Source: Candidatus Daviesbacteria bacterium
GTDB lineage: Bacteria > Patescibacteriota > Microgenomatia > Daviesbacterales > UBA10151
NCBI GenBank assembly: GCA_030699125.1
Contig: JAUYKM010000005.1
Coordinates: 1 to 59,445, forward strand
Length of the DNA: 59,445 nucleotides
Direction: 5' to 3'
Shown: piece after piece, positions 8,887 to 18,100 of the stretch
How positions within the stretch are numbered: the stretch's first letter is position 1
How the letters are laid out: each line of letters starts with the position of its first letter
Notes under the pieces: model-generated
Database searches by the model: none
Told to the model about the DNA's origin: nothing
What the model saw: the letters and a program-made list of their open reading frames with translations, nothing else
Position numbers and translations under genes: made by a program

Positions 8887-9705
8887 TTAAGATTTGATAA
8901 GCTCAAGAGCTCCGTATAATCCCGGATAATCAAGCTGAGCTTTAACGAGAGTAGGTTTGGTTGGGAAAATAGTCAGGAATTGACTAAGATACCTTTGGGT
9001 TGCATCAAGTGGTATTTTGTTGGCAACAGAGCCCCCCAGAATTACAATATCCGGGGACCAGTGAACTATAGTATTATTTAGTCCAATTGCCAGATATTTG
9101 GCAGCTTCATCCCAAACCTTGTGATCCGTAATTTCCTCTGCCCGTTTGTGATATTTTTTTTCAAGATAGAACCCTCCCACATAAGTTTCCAAATGTCCTT
9201 TGCCTCCGCAATTGCACTCATTGCCATCAAGGTCAATAATTTGATGTCCAGGCTCAAACCCTAGTGAGTTCTGATCTATCTTTCCATCTACAAACCGCGC
9301 GCCACCCACACCTGTTCCTACTGCGATATAGGCCACAATATTTGTCCCTCTCCCCGCACCATAGACTGCTTCACCTAAACCTCCCAACAGGCTGTCATTC
9401 TCCAATTTAGTTGGTACGCCAAATACCTCCTCCAGTTTATTTTTGAGGGGTTTGTTGATCCACCCAGATATATGGGCGCTTGCTATGAGCATTGTTTTAT
9501 CTTTATCCAGGAGACCGGCAATTCCTCCGGCTACAGCCTGGATTTGTTCACCACCTGAAAGGACTTGCGCTATATTTTTTATAGCCTCAATGCCTTCTTC
9601 GAAATTCTGCATGGTGAGAACGCTTTTGGTGGTAGTTAAGCTCTGAGTGTCTGACGAGACTCCGATCCTGATATTTGTTCCACCTATATCAAATACTAAA
9701 TACAT
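8887..9705 (-). CDS. ROK-family sugar kinase (glucokinase-like)
   Basis: FDIGGTNI, LENDSLLGGLGE, VGTGVGG, EPGHQ, CNCGGKGHLE. Confidence 0.92.
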   Translation of the reverse strand: MYLVFDIGGTNIRIGVSSDTQSLTTTKSVLTMQNFEEGIEAIKNIAQVLSGGEQIQAVAGGIAGLLDKDKTMLIASAHISGWINKPLKNKLEEVFGVPTKLENDSLLGGLGEAVYGAGRGTNIVAYIAVGTGVGGARFVDGKIDQNSLGFEPGHQIIDLDGNECNCGGKGHLETYVGGFYLEKKYHKRAEEITDHKVWDEAAKYLAIGLNNTIVHWSPDIVILGGSVANKIPLDATQRYLSQFLTIFPTKPTLVKAQLDYPGLYGALELIKS

Positions 9706-9744
9706 ATTTACAATTTACTATTTAAATCTTACTATTACAATAGT

Positions 9745-10701
9745 ATGCGAATAGGTTTTATTGGTTTGGGTAGGATGGGGAAAAATATTGTTTTACATCT
9801 TTTGGAAGGCGGGATTGAGGTGGTGGCATGGAACAGATCTCCTGAACCCAGAGAGGAACTAGGGAAAGAGGTAAAGAATCTTAAAGGTAGTGAAAATCTT
9901 ACTATTGTTGAGACAATTGATGAATTGGTTAAAAGTTTGGAGACTCCAAGAATCATCTGGTTGATGGTTTCTGCTGAGGCTATGGATGTGGTTCTTTCCG
10001 ATTTAATATCAAAGCTAGCAAAAGGTGATTTGGTTGTGGATGGAGGAAATTCTTTTTATCGGGAAACAATAAGACGTGCCAAAGAACTCTCCGAAAAAGG
10101 TATTCACTACGTGGATGTCGGTACCTCCGGTGGGGTGGAGGGAGCAAGAAATGGAGCCTGTATGATGGCAGGAGGGTCTAAAGAAGATTTCGAAAGAATA
10201 GAACCTGTTTTGAAAGCCGAGGCTGCACCTGATGCTTACGGGCACTTAGGTCCTGTAGGAGCTGGGCACTTTGCCAAAATGGTACACAACGGGATTGAAT
10301 ACGGAATGATGGAGGCAATTGGTGAAGGAGCAGCAATGCTTAAATACTCAGATTTTAAATATGATTTAAGAGAAGTCTTTAGAGTCTATCAGCAAAAATC
10401 CATTATTGATTCAAGGCTTGTTGGCTGGACTTTAGCTGAGTTAAAAAATGATCCTAATTTGGACAACATTAGCTCTGTAATTGGTTCAGCAGGGGGTGCA
10501 GGTAAAACAAAAGGCGAGGCTCATTGGACAATAGAACTTGCAAAAGAAATGGGTATCGATGCTCCGGTTATGAAGGCCGCTGTTGATGTAAGAGATAATT
10601 CCGATAAGGACGAGGAATCCTCGCCCAATGGATTTAGAAATAAAGTTGTCGCTACTATGAGGTGGCAATTCGGCAGGCACCCAGTTAAGAAAAAAGTTTA
10701 A
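9745..10701 (+). CDS. gnd: 6-phosphogluconate dehydrogenase (short form)
   Basis: GFIGLGRMG, WLMV, VDGGNS, DVGTSGG, GAGHFAKMVHNGIEYGMM. Confidence 0.93.
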   Translation: MRIGFIGLGRMGKNIVLHLLEGGIEVVAWNRSPEPREELGKEVKNLKGSENLTIVETIDELVKSLETPRIIWLMVSAEAMDVVLSDLISKLAKGDLVVDGGNSFYRETIRRAKELSEKGIHYVDVGTSGGVEGARNGACMMAGGSKEDFERIEPVLKAEAAPDAYGHLGPVGAGHFAKMVHNGIEYGMMEAIGEGAAMLKYSDFKYDLREVFRVYQQKSIIDSRLVGWTLAELKNDPNLDNISSVIGSAGGAGKTKGEAHWTIELAKEMGIDAPVMKAAVDVRDNSDKDEESSPNGFRNKVVATMRWQFGRHPVKKKV

Positions 10702-10704
10702 CTT

Positions 10705-12135
10705 TTATATTCTGCAAAACTCCGTTGATGGTTCAAGCCAGGATCTGCCATCCGCTTCAAGTAGCTCATCAGCCTCTTTTGGACCCCAGGAACCTACTTT
10801 ATAGATACGGGGCTTCTCCCTTTCGGCAAACAAAGGATCTATAAAGGTCCACTGGGCTTCTATTTCCCGGGCATCATTAAAAAAAGTCTGATCGCCATTT
10901 ATAGTATCAACAATAAGTCTTTCATAAGGATCCGGAATATAGTGGGTATGGGGATCTAATCTGTAGCAATATTGCATATATTCCGGCTCCAGCATTATTT
11001 TATGCCCTGGAATCTTGGTTAATATTTTAAAGACAATCCCCTCATTGGGCTGAATTCGATAAATTAAAATATTTGGCTCATCAGAGGATTCCGGCATTTT
11101 TTTAAATAATTTATTAACTGGCTTTTTAAAGACAATAGATATTTCCGTGGCTGTTTGTTTTAACTTTTTTCCGGCTCTGATATAAATCGGCACATCCTCA
11201 AATCTCTCGGACTCTATATAAGTTTTCAGGGCATAAAAAGTATCTGTTCGGGAATCTGGGTTGACATTTTTTTCTTTGGTATACCCCTCATATTGCCCAT
11301 ATACCACCTTATCAGGTAAAGGTATCAAATTTTTAAGAATTTGAATACGTTCGTGCGTTATGGCCTTATTGGTAAACTGCGAAGGTGCATTCATAGTGGC
11401 AAATGCAAGCATCTGCAGTTGATGGTTTTGCCCAACGTCTTTCAAAGCTCCGACCTGATCATAATATCCTCCTCTTCTGCCTATCCCGAAATCCTCCGAG
11501 GCAGTAATTTGGATATGATCAATATAATCTTTATTTATTAAGGGTTCAAAAATATCATTGGCAAACCTAAAAGTCAAAATATTTTGTAAAGTTTCCTTTC
11601 CTAAATAATGATCCAAACGATAGATTTGATCCTCATTAAAATAATTGAGGAGTAATTGATTTAAATTTTGGGCAGATTTTAGATCATTGCCAATTGGTTT
11701 TTCTATCATCAGCCGTACCCAACCCTTAGGAGATTTATTCATTTGATTTTTTTGTAGATTTTCAAAAATATGATGATAAAGTTCCGGATAGGTGGCCAGA
11801 TAATAAATTCTGTTATTTGAGTTTCCCAAAAATTCTTTTAGTTTTGGATAAAAGTTGGGATCGTCAATATTGCCGGATAGGTAATTTATTCTCCGGCATA
11901 ATTTCCTAAAAACGTCTTCTTTTATTGGATGTTTATGGTGAATGTTTTCGGTATTTAATACTTCATGGAAATATTTTTGAAACTCATCTTTTGACATCTC
12001 CCGTCTGGCAATGCCGATAACGGAAATATTCTCCGGCAGTAAATCTTTTTCTGCCATGTCATAAAGTACGGGAATGAGTTTAATTTGTGCTAAATTACTG
12101 GTGATACCAAAGATAACTAACGCTAATGATTTCAT
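10705..12135 (-). CDS. zwf: Glucose-6-phosphate 1-dehydrogenase
   Basis: IEKPIG, YRLDHYLGKE, DVGQNH, VPIYIRAGK, PYERLI. Confidence 0.95.
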   Translation of the reverse strand: MKSLALVIFGITSNLAQIKLIPVLYDMAEKDLLPENISVIGIARREMSKDEFQKYFHEVLNTENIHHKHPIKEDVFRKLCRRINYLSGNIDDPNFYPKLKEFLGNSNNRIYYLATYPELYHHIFENLQKNQMNKSPKGWVRLMIEKPIGNDLKSAQNLNQLLLNYFNEDQIYRLDHYLGKETLQNILTFRFANDIFEPLINKDYIDHIQITASEDFGIGRRGGYYDQVGALKDVGQNHQLQMLAFATMNAPSQFTNKAITHERIQILKNLIPLPDKVVYGQYEGYTKEKNVNPDSRTDTFYALKTYIESERFEDVPIYIRAGKKLKQTATEISIVFKKPVNKLFKKMPESSDEPNILIYRIQPNEGIVFKILTKIPGHKIMLEPEYMQYCYRLDPHTHYIPDPYERLIVDTINGDQTFFNDAREIEAQWTFIDPLFAEREKPRIYKVGSWGPKEADELLEADGRSWLEPSTEFCRI

Positions 12136-12181
12136 GACGGATTAAAAGATATCACTTTCCGCCGCATTAGTCACTAGAGAA

Positions 12182-12694
12182 TTAATATGTAGAGAATACC
12201 TTGATTATTTTCCATTCGCTAACTTCTCCGCCTTTAATTAAAGTTATTTTATCAACTATCCATGTTGCTTCCTGTATTGCACCGATTTCACTAATGATCT
12301 TCTTTTTTAACTCCACAGGGTAGATTCCATAAAGTAGACTAAGATGAGGCATGTAAGGAGGTATATCCATTTTAAATATTTGTTTTGCTCGGTTGTGTAA
12401 ATCCTGCAAGGGTTTTGTTATTTCAGCTTTTACAAATAAAGTTTTGAAGTGAAGGTTCTCAAAGTCAACTAGTCTCAGATTAATTGGAAAAGATTTTTGG
12501 TCAGAAACTAGCTGCCCCGTTCTCTGAATTGCTTCTTCTTCAGTTATTTCAATATCACCCAATAAAGTGACATGCGGCTCAAAGATCGGTCCGTTATACT
12601 CTTCTGCTAATCCTTTTATGAGGTTACTAAGTTTAGCATAAGCTTCTCCGATTGGTATTAGCCAGAGTGTATAACCCTTGGAATACATTTTCAT
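12182..12694 (-). CDS. 2H phosphoesterase / cyclic phosphodiesterase-like protein
   Basis: Two HxT/S motifs (PHVTLL, PHLSLLYG) about 75 aa apart. Confidence 0.85.
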   Translation of the reverse strand: MKMYSKGYTLWLIPIGEAYAKLSNLIKGLAEEYNGPIFEPHVTLLGDIEITEEEAIQRTGQLVSDQKSFPINLRLVDFENLHFKTLFVKAEITKPLQDLHNRAKQIFKMDIPPYMPHLSLLYGIYPVELKKKIISEIGAIQEATWIVDKITLIKGGEVSEWKIIKVFSTY

Positions 12695-12722
12695 ATTTGT
12701 ATTGTATAATGGATTTTACACT

Positions 12723-13325
12723 ATGTTAAAACCGTTTGCTGATAGGCCGCATGAGAAGATGAAGGAAGTTTTACTGTATCCGGAGGCTAAGGGTCCGGAG
12801 ATTCACTATTACATGATCCGCGGGGGAGTGGGTAAAACTAATATTACTGTTTGGGAAACAGGACTTGTGGGAGGAGAATATATTAAAACTTACGGGCATT
12901 ATCATGTGGGCAAAATTGATGAAACTTATCACATTGTAGCAGGAGAAGGAGTAGTTTTATTGCAAAAAAGAAAAGAGGATTCTCAAGGGAATCCGATTGA
13001 TGATGAAATTGAGTCATTTTATGCTATAAAAGTAAAACCAGGAGATAATGTTTTCATTCCCTCAGGTGTGGGTCATCTGGTTTGCAACACAGGTAAAGTG
13101 TGGTTAGTAACTGTTGATGACTCGCCTGTTAATTTTGAGGAAGTAGATCCGGTTTCACTTCCCGGCCATGCAGATTATCTGCCGGTACAAAAAATGAAAG
13201 GTTTTGCTTATTATTTAGTTGATGAAAATGGTGAGCCCAAACTGGTAAAGAATCCAAATTATAAAGTAGCTCCTGAACCTGAATGGCTAACTCCGGAAGA
13301 ATATAGTGCAAGGAGTAGGGGGTAG
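12723..13325 (+). CDS. Cupin-type (archaeal-like) glucose-6-phosphate isomerase
   Basis: KTYGHYH, E.YHIVAGEGVVLLQ, VFIPSGVGH...NTG; located in the G6P cluster; ATG at 12723 preferred. Confidence 0.85.
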   Translation: MLKPFADRPHEKMKEVLLYPEAKGPEIHYYMIRGGVGKTNITVWETGLVGGEYIKTYGHYHVGKIDETYHIVAGEGVVLLQKRKEDSQGNPIDDEIESFYAIKVKPGDNVFIPSGVGHLVCNTGKVWLVTVDDSPVNFEEVDPVSLPGHADYLPVQKMKGFAYYLVDENGEPKLVKNPNYKVAPEPEWLTPEEYSARSRG

Positions 13326-13333
13326 TCGAGCAT

Positions 13334-13373
13334 ATGTTCAGGTGCGTCCTTGGTTGAGGTGCGACCTGAACAT
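13334..13373. repeat. Intergenic palindrome (REP-like, possible bidirectional terminator)
   Basis: atgttcaggt ... acctgaacat perfect 10-bp arms enclosing aggtgcgtcct / aggtgcgacct direct repeats; between convergent genes. Confidence 0.6.
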
Positions 13374-13379
13374 GCGACG

Positions 13380-14570
13380 TTACTCATGACGTAGCGCTTC
13401 AATGGGGTCTAGTTTGGCAGCTCTGATTGCAGGAGCTACACCAAATATTACTCCAACTAACATGGAGAAGCCAAAAGATAATCCAACAGACCAGAGGGGG
13501 ACTGTAGTGGTAAAAAATTTGCCAATCAGAAGAGATAATCCTATTCCTAAGATAATCCCAATTACTCCACCTAATCCGGATAAGATAATGGCCTCAATTA
13601 AAAACTGATTCCTAATATCGGATGGTTTTGCTCCAACAGCTTTTCTTAAACCTATTTCCCTGGTTCTTTCTGTTACGGAAACCAACATGATATTCATTAT
13701 TCCTATGCCACCCACAATGAGTGAAATTGCCGCAATCCCTCCCAAAGCTGCTGTTAAAACTCCTGTTACTTGAGAAATTATCGATAAAGTTTGCTCCTGG
13801 GTTTGAACAGTAAATTCATCTTCAGAAAGTCTTTTTTTAAGCAAAGCTGTGGCTCTATCCTGCACAGCTTTGACATTACCGGCAGAATTTGCCGAAATAT
13901 AAATGGTATTAAGCCTGTCTATGCCAAATTGCCTCTGGGCAGCGGAAATAGGAATATAAATTGAATTATCCAGATCAATCCCAAAAATTGCTCCCCTGGG
14001 GCCCAAAATGCCAATAACAGTGTACTTTAATCCTGCAACATCAATGGCTTGTCCGATTGATTTCCCTTCCCCGAAAAGATTGCTTTTAACCGTGGTACCA
14101 ATCACCGCCACTTTTTTGGCGGCCTGCTGTTCAGATTCCTTGAAAAACCTGCCCCGGGTCAGATTTAAAGAAATTACTTTAGGGTAAGTAGCCTCCACTC
14201 CGAAAATAGCCACGCCTTTATCATTTTTATTGCCAAACTTCAAGGCGGCATTCCGCTGAATTGCGGCAGAAACTTGAGCTTGATCTGATAATCTGTTGCG
14301 GAGATTAGCTGCATCGGAATACTCTAATCTGTTGGCCTGTACCCCACCGGGGGAGCGGGCTCCGCCAATCCGTCCCGGGATGACAATTAACAAGTTTGAA
14401 CCCAAACCTTCAATCTGGGAAGTGATATAGGTTTTAAGTCCACTGACAAGTGAAATTAGCAGTATGATAGAAGTCACACCAATCACAATTCCCAAGATGG
14501 TTAGAAAAGATCTCATCCTGTTGGCAAGTATGGAAGTTAAAGCTGATCGAGTTGTTTCTAAGATGTCCAT
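13380..14570 (-). CDS. MacB/FtsX-family ABC permease
   Basis: RSFLTILGIVIGV, GGIGIMNIMLVSVTERTREIGLRKAVGA. Confidence 0.95.
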   Translation of the reverse strand: MDILETTRSALTSILANRMRSFLTILGIVIGVTSIILLISLVSGLKTYITSQIEGLGSNLLIVIPGRIGGARSPGGVQANRLEYSDAANLRNRLSDQAQVSAAIQRNAALKFGNKNDKGVAIFGVEATYPKVISLNLTRGRFFKESEQQAAKKVAVIGTTVKSNLFGEGKSIGQAIDVAGLKYTVIGILGPRGAIFGIDLDNSIYIPISAAQRQFGIDRLNTIYISANSAGNVKAVQDRATALLKKRLSEDEFTVQTQEQTLSIISQVTGVLTAALGGIAAISLIVGGIGIMNIMLVSVTERTREIGLRKAVGAKPSDIRNQFLIEAIILSGLGGVIGIILGIGLSLLIGKFFTTTVPLWSVGLSFGFSMLVGVIFGVAPAIRAAKLDPIEALRHE

Positions 14571-15232
14571 ATCTGCCCATCCTTCATTCTAATAACTCTT
14601 TTGGCATGTTTGGCAATATCTTCTTCATGAGTAATCATAACGATTGTCTTACCCGTCTTATGAAGAGATTCAAAAATACTCATAACTTCCGCACCTGATT
14701 TGGAATCCAAATTACCTGTCGGTTCATCTGCCAGAATTATTTCCGGATCATTTACCAGTGCTCTTGCTATAGCTACCCTTTGCTGTTGCCCTCCGGAAAG
14801 CTGATTTGGGCGGGAATTAATTTTTTCCTCAAGGCCTAATTCTTTCAGGAGTTTTTTTGTTTTTTTAATCCTCTCACTGCTGGAAACCTTTGCATATATG
14901 AGCGGCAATGCCACATTATCTAGGCTGGAGGTTCTGGGAAGTAGGTTGAATGATTGAAAAACAAAACCAATTTTTTTATTTCTGATTTCTGCCAGATGAT
15001 CCTGGGAAAAACGTGATGTATCCTGATTCTCAAGGTAGTATGAGCCGGATGTGGGGCGATCCAAAAGACCAATTATATTCATCAGAGTTGATTTTCCGGA
15101 GCCGGAAGCCCCGATAATGGCAATAAACTCCCCCTTTTTAACCTCCAGATCGATATCTTTTAATGCCTGCAGGGGGATTTCGCCTGCTGAATAGATCTTA
15201 TTAACTTGGGAAAGCTTCACCAAAGGGCTCAT
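14558..15232 (-). CDS. ABC ATP-binding protein (LolD/MacB-like)
   Basis: [32 protein letters not shown]. Confidence 0.96.
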   Translation of the reverse strand: MSPLVKLSQVNKIYSAGEIPLQALKDIDLEVKKGEFIAIIGASGSGKSTLMNIIGLLDRPTSGSYYLENQDTSRFSQDHLAEIRNKKIGFVFQSFNLLPRTSSLDNVALPLIYAKVSSSERIKKTKKLLKELGLEEKINSRPNQLSGGQQQRVAIARALVNDPEIILADEPTGNLDSKSGAEVMSIFESLHKTGKTIVMITHEEDIAKHAKRVIRMKDGQIWTS

Positions 15233-15237
15233 TTAAT

Positions 15238-16290
15238 TTATGGGTTTAGTATTACTTGATTCTCTTCTGAAATCCCATCTTTAATTTCTACTTCAGTGTC
15301 TGTTTGGATGCCAATTTTAACAATCCGTTTTTGTGGACCCTGATTGGTTTGGACAAAGACGCTATTATCATCCTTTAAGGCTTCAATCGGGATAATTAGA
15401 GTATCTTCTATTCTGCTAATTTCTATTGAGGCCTGGCCGGAAAGGCCATTAACAAATTTTTCGGGCGTATTATTGAGTTTAATTTTAACAATCACTACAG
15501 TGGCTCCGGTGGAGGTAGTGATGGTTTGGGGAATAATTTGATCGATGGCACCCTCGAAAATCTGGTCCGGGTAGCTATCTAAGGTAATATTTGCTTTTTG
15601 ATTGGGCAAGATTTTCCCAATATCTGCCTCATCCACCTCGGCATTAAAATATATTTTAGAGGTATTAATTAGTGTGATGATAACATCTTGGGTGGAAACA
15701 TTTTGCCCACTGATAAAATTTACTTCCGTGACAATTCCCCCAACCGGCGCAATTATCAGAGTATCCTCCAGGGCTTTTTGAGTAAGTTTCACTGAATCAT
15801 AGGCATTATCTCTGACAACTTCAGCAGTAGTTCTCAACTGTCTCTGGGTCATGGTTTCATTGAGGGTGCCGATATTGTCAAATCCACCCATGCCGTATTG
15901 AAAAAGATGAATATCATCTAACACTTTATCAAGTTGAGCCTGCTTGTCTCTTAAAGTATTTTGGGCTTGCTGGAGGGCAATCAATTGATCACTATTATCC
16001 AGATTTGCCAAAAATTGACCTGCATAGACTCTATCTCCCTCTTTAACATTAACCCGGGCGAGCTTACCGATGGTTTGAAATCTTAATGGAATCATCTTTT
16101 GGCCGGATAATGTACCTGCCGCTGAAACCTCTGCTACCAAATCACCTTTTCTAACTGTGGTAACCTCAGAAGGTTTTTGGTCACTTCGGGTAGAGTAAAA
16201 TATGAAACCCGTAGCAACTAATAATAAAATTAGACCTATAGCTAAATACTTTTTAGGCCATTTCCCAATGTTTCGAACCATATTTTTCAT
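15238..16290 (-). CDS. MacA-like membrane fusion/adaptor protein
   Basis: N-terminal TM, VKEGDRV, APVGGIV, VDEADIGKI, GLSEGD-like GISEENQV. Confidence 0.88.
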   Translation of the reverse strand: MKNMVRNIGKWPKKYLAIGLILLLVATGFIFYSTRSDQKPSEVTTVRKGDLVAEVSAAGTLSGQKMIPLRFQTIGKLARVNVKEGDRVYAGQFLANLDNSDQLIALQQAQNTLRDKQAQLDKVLDDIHLFQYGMGGFDNIGTLNETMTQRQLRTTAEVVRDNAYDSVKLTQKALEDTLIIAPVGGIVTEVNFISGQNVSTQDVIITLINTSKIYFNAEVDEADIGKILPNQKANITLDSYPDQIFEGAIDQIIPQTITTSTGATVVIVKIKLNNTPEKFVNGLSGQASIEISRIEDTLIIPIEALKDDNSVFVQTNQGPQKRIVKIGIQTDTEVEIKDGISEENQVILNP

Positions 16291-16328
16291 TTAGTGAATT
16301 TTACAATAAATTAAGGTAAAAAGAAAGC

Positions 16329-16901
16329 CTAGAGTATTATATGGAAGATTTTGTCAACAGTTTCATCTAATTTCCCAGGCACATTTTCTATCACATAATC
16401 ATAATTTCGCTGATACTTATGCCAGATTTTCAGATCATCCATCATCCGCTTCTCAATCTCATTGGAAGACAAGTTTCTCCTTCTCAATCTTTCTAAAATA
16501 ACTTCATCCGAAGTGGTAATGTAAATAACCAGAATGTTTTTAACGAGTCTGGATGCTTGATCGGAGGGAAAAGACCTTCTGATAAAATCCCTAATCTCTC
16601 CTGCCCTTGAGGGATCTATTTTCCAAAGTAAATTTTCATCTAAAGTCTTATCCAGCTCAATTTTGGTGGTGCCATATAGATTTCCCCCATACTCTACATA
16701 TTCAATAAAATCCCCCGCATCAATTTTTTTTTGAAAACCTTCCCTGGATATAAAATGATAATCAATATCTTGTTGCTCGCCTTCCCGGGGTGCTCTAGAT
16801 GTTGTAGTAATAACTCTTTTAACATCAGGAAATTTATGCAGGATTCTTTGCTTAATAGTATCTTTTCCTGAAGCGGTCTTTCCCGTGAGGATAATTAGCA
16901 T
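16329..16901 (-). CDS. gmk: Guanylate kinase
   Basis: GKTASGKDT, TTSRAPREGE, DYHFIS, EYGGNLYGT. Confidence 0.93.
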   Translation of the reverse strand: MLIILTGKTASGKDTIKQRILHKFPDVKRVITTTSRAPREGEQQDIDYHFISREGFQKKIDAGDFIEYVEYGGNLYGTTKIELDKTLDENLLWKIDPSRAGEIRDFIRRSFPSDQASRLVKNILVIYITTSDEVILERLRRRNLSSNEIEKRMMDDLKIWHKYQRNYDYVIENVPGKLDETVDKIFHIIL

Positions 16902-17243
16902 TTAATTAATGCAATGGGAACATTTGCAGGGAAATATATTTCTGTAGCCCCTGGGTAGGGTTAAGCCTTGTATTATTCCTCCAAAAAGGAGCCCTCTGGT
17001 AAAAGTATGATCCAGGATTGATAAAGAAGTTACCCCAGAGAGTGCCAGTAATATTGAGAGGTTCATCCAATGGTGGAAATGAAGGGTTCTCCCGAACATA
17101 TTTAGCCTAATTACGGGAAATAGCTGAAGTCTTTTGATCCTGATATTGGGAAGCCTTTTTCTGATTCTGGCATTGGGGTGGGTGGTGGCCCTGAAGGTAA
17201 AATAGCCCAAGGCTGTTGCCGGAAGTAAAGATAAATATTCCAT
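16902..17243 (-). CDS. Small membrane protein, hypothetical
   Basis: Likely start MEYLSLL at 17243 (the longer ORF overlaps the divergent gene); HFHHW motif followed by TM segments. Confidence 0.6.
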   Translation of the reverse strand: MEYLSLLPATALGYFTFRATTHPNARIRKRLPNIRIKRLQLFPVIRLNMFGRTLHFHHWMNLSILLALSGVTSLSILDHTFTRGLLFGGIIQGLTLPRGYRNIFPCKCSHCIN

Positions 17244-17325
17244 AGAGGTATGGTATTTATCATAACTGAAAGTAGCAGGATTTGCAAATTTGACATAAGG
17301 AAGGAAGAATATGGATAATGAGTAA

Positions 17326-18090
17326 GTGAAGATAAATCTGTTCCAATTTAGCCTGTTTTTAGCTTTGCTGGGGGTGGTGTTTGTAATTTTAACTACCTCC
17401 ACCTTTCCTTTTAAAAATGAAATCCTCTCAGCAATCTATCCTAAACCAAAATCACTGGCTGAGGAAGGTGTGGGTGTACCGTCGGTTGATTTGAAAGTTA
17501 TTGTGGATGGCACAGCATATGATGGTATTTTAAATGTGCCGTTGGAAAATATTTCTTATACTCTTTTTTGGGAGACTAAAGAAAATCCCACTTCCTGCAT
17601 TGGCAGAGTTTGGGGTGTATCTGATGAGGATGAGAGCTTCAAAGGCCCTAAGGGTCCCAGCGGCGGCAGGGTTCAGACGAAAGTCTTGGATAAGAATAAT
17701 CCTTATGTATACACCATTGACTGTCAGAATGGCAATGGGGACTCTTCAGGAGACAGCATAACCATAAATGTGGGTGTATCAGGTGCCAATTTTGATCCGT
17801 TTATAACTGATTTTTCTGTAAAGAGAGGTGGAAATAATCTAAATTCGGAAGTGCCAATTCAGGTTTCGGCGGGTGAGAGCGTTTCTATAGAATGGAAAAG
17901 CTCAAATACCTCTACACCCTATTCAGTTTGCGTTGCTACCGGTTCCTGGCCCACAGGATATAAAAATATCGGTGGAGCTACCATAGTGGAAAACTTTATT
18001 CTGCCGGATAAAAAAGTCTATAACTATGCAATATATTGTAGTAATGAAAGCTCTTATACACAAAAAGGAGTAACGTTTTTGGTGAATTAA
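17326..18090 (+). CDS. Membrane-anchored extracellular protein with two Ig/PKD-like beta modules
   Basis: N-terminal TM; two repeats with Cys pairs (YTIDCQNGNG / YAIYCSNESS). Confidence 0.65.
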   Translation: MKINLFQFSLFLALLGVVFVILTTSTFPFKNEILSAIYPKPKSLAEEGVGVPSVDLKVIVDGTAYDGILNVPLENISYTLFWETKENPTSCIGRVWGVSDEDESFKGPKGPSGGRVQTKVLDKNNPYVYTIDCQNGNGDSSGDSITINVGVSGANFDPFITDFSVKRGGNNLNSEVPIQVSAGESVSIEWKSSNTSTPYSVCVATGSWPTGYKNIGGATIVENFILPDKKVYNYAIYCSNESSYTQKGVTFLVN

Positions 18091-18100
18091 ACTTAAATTT

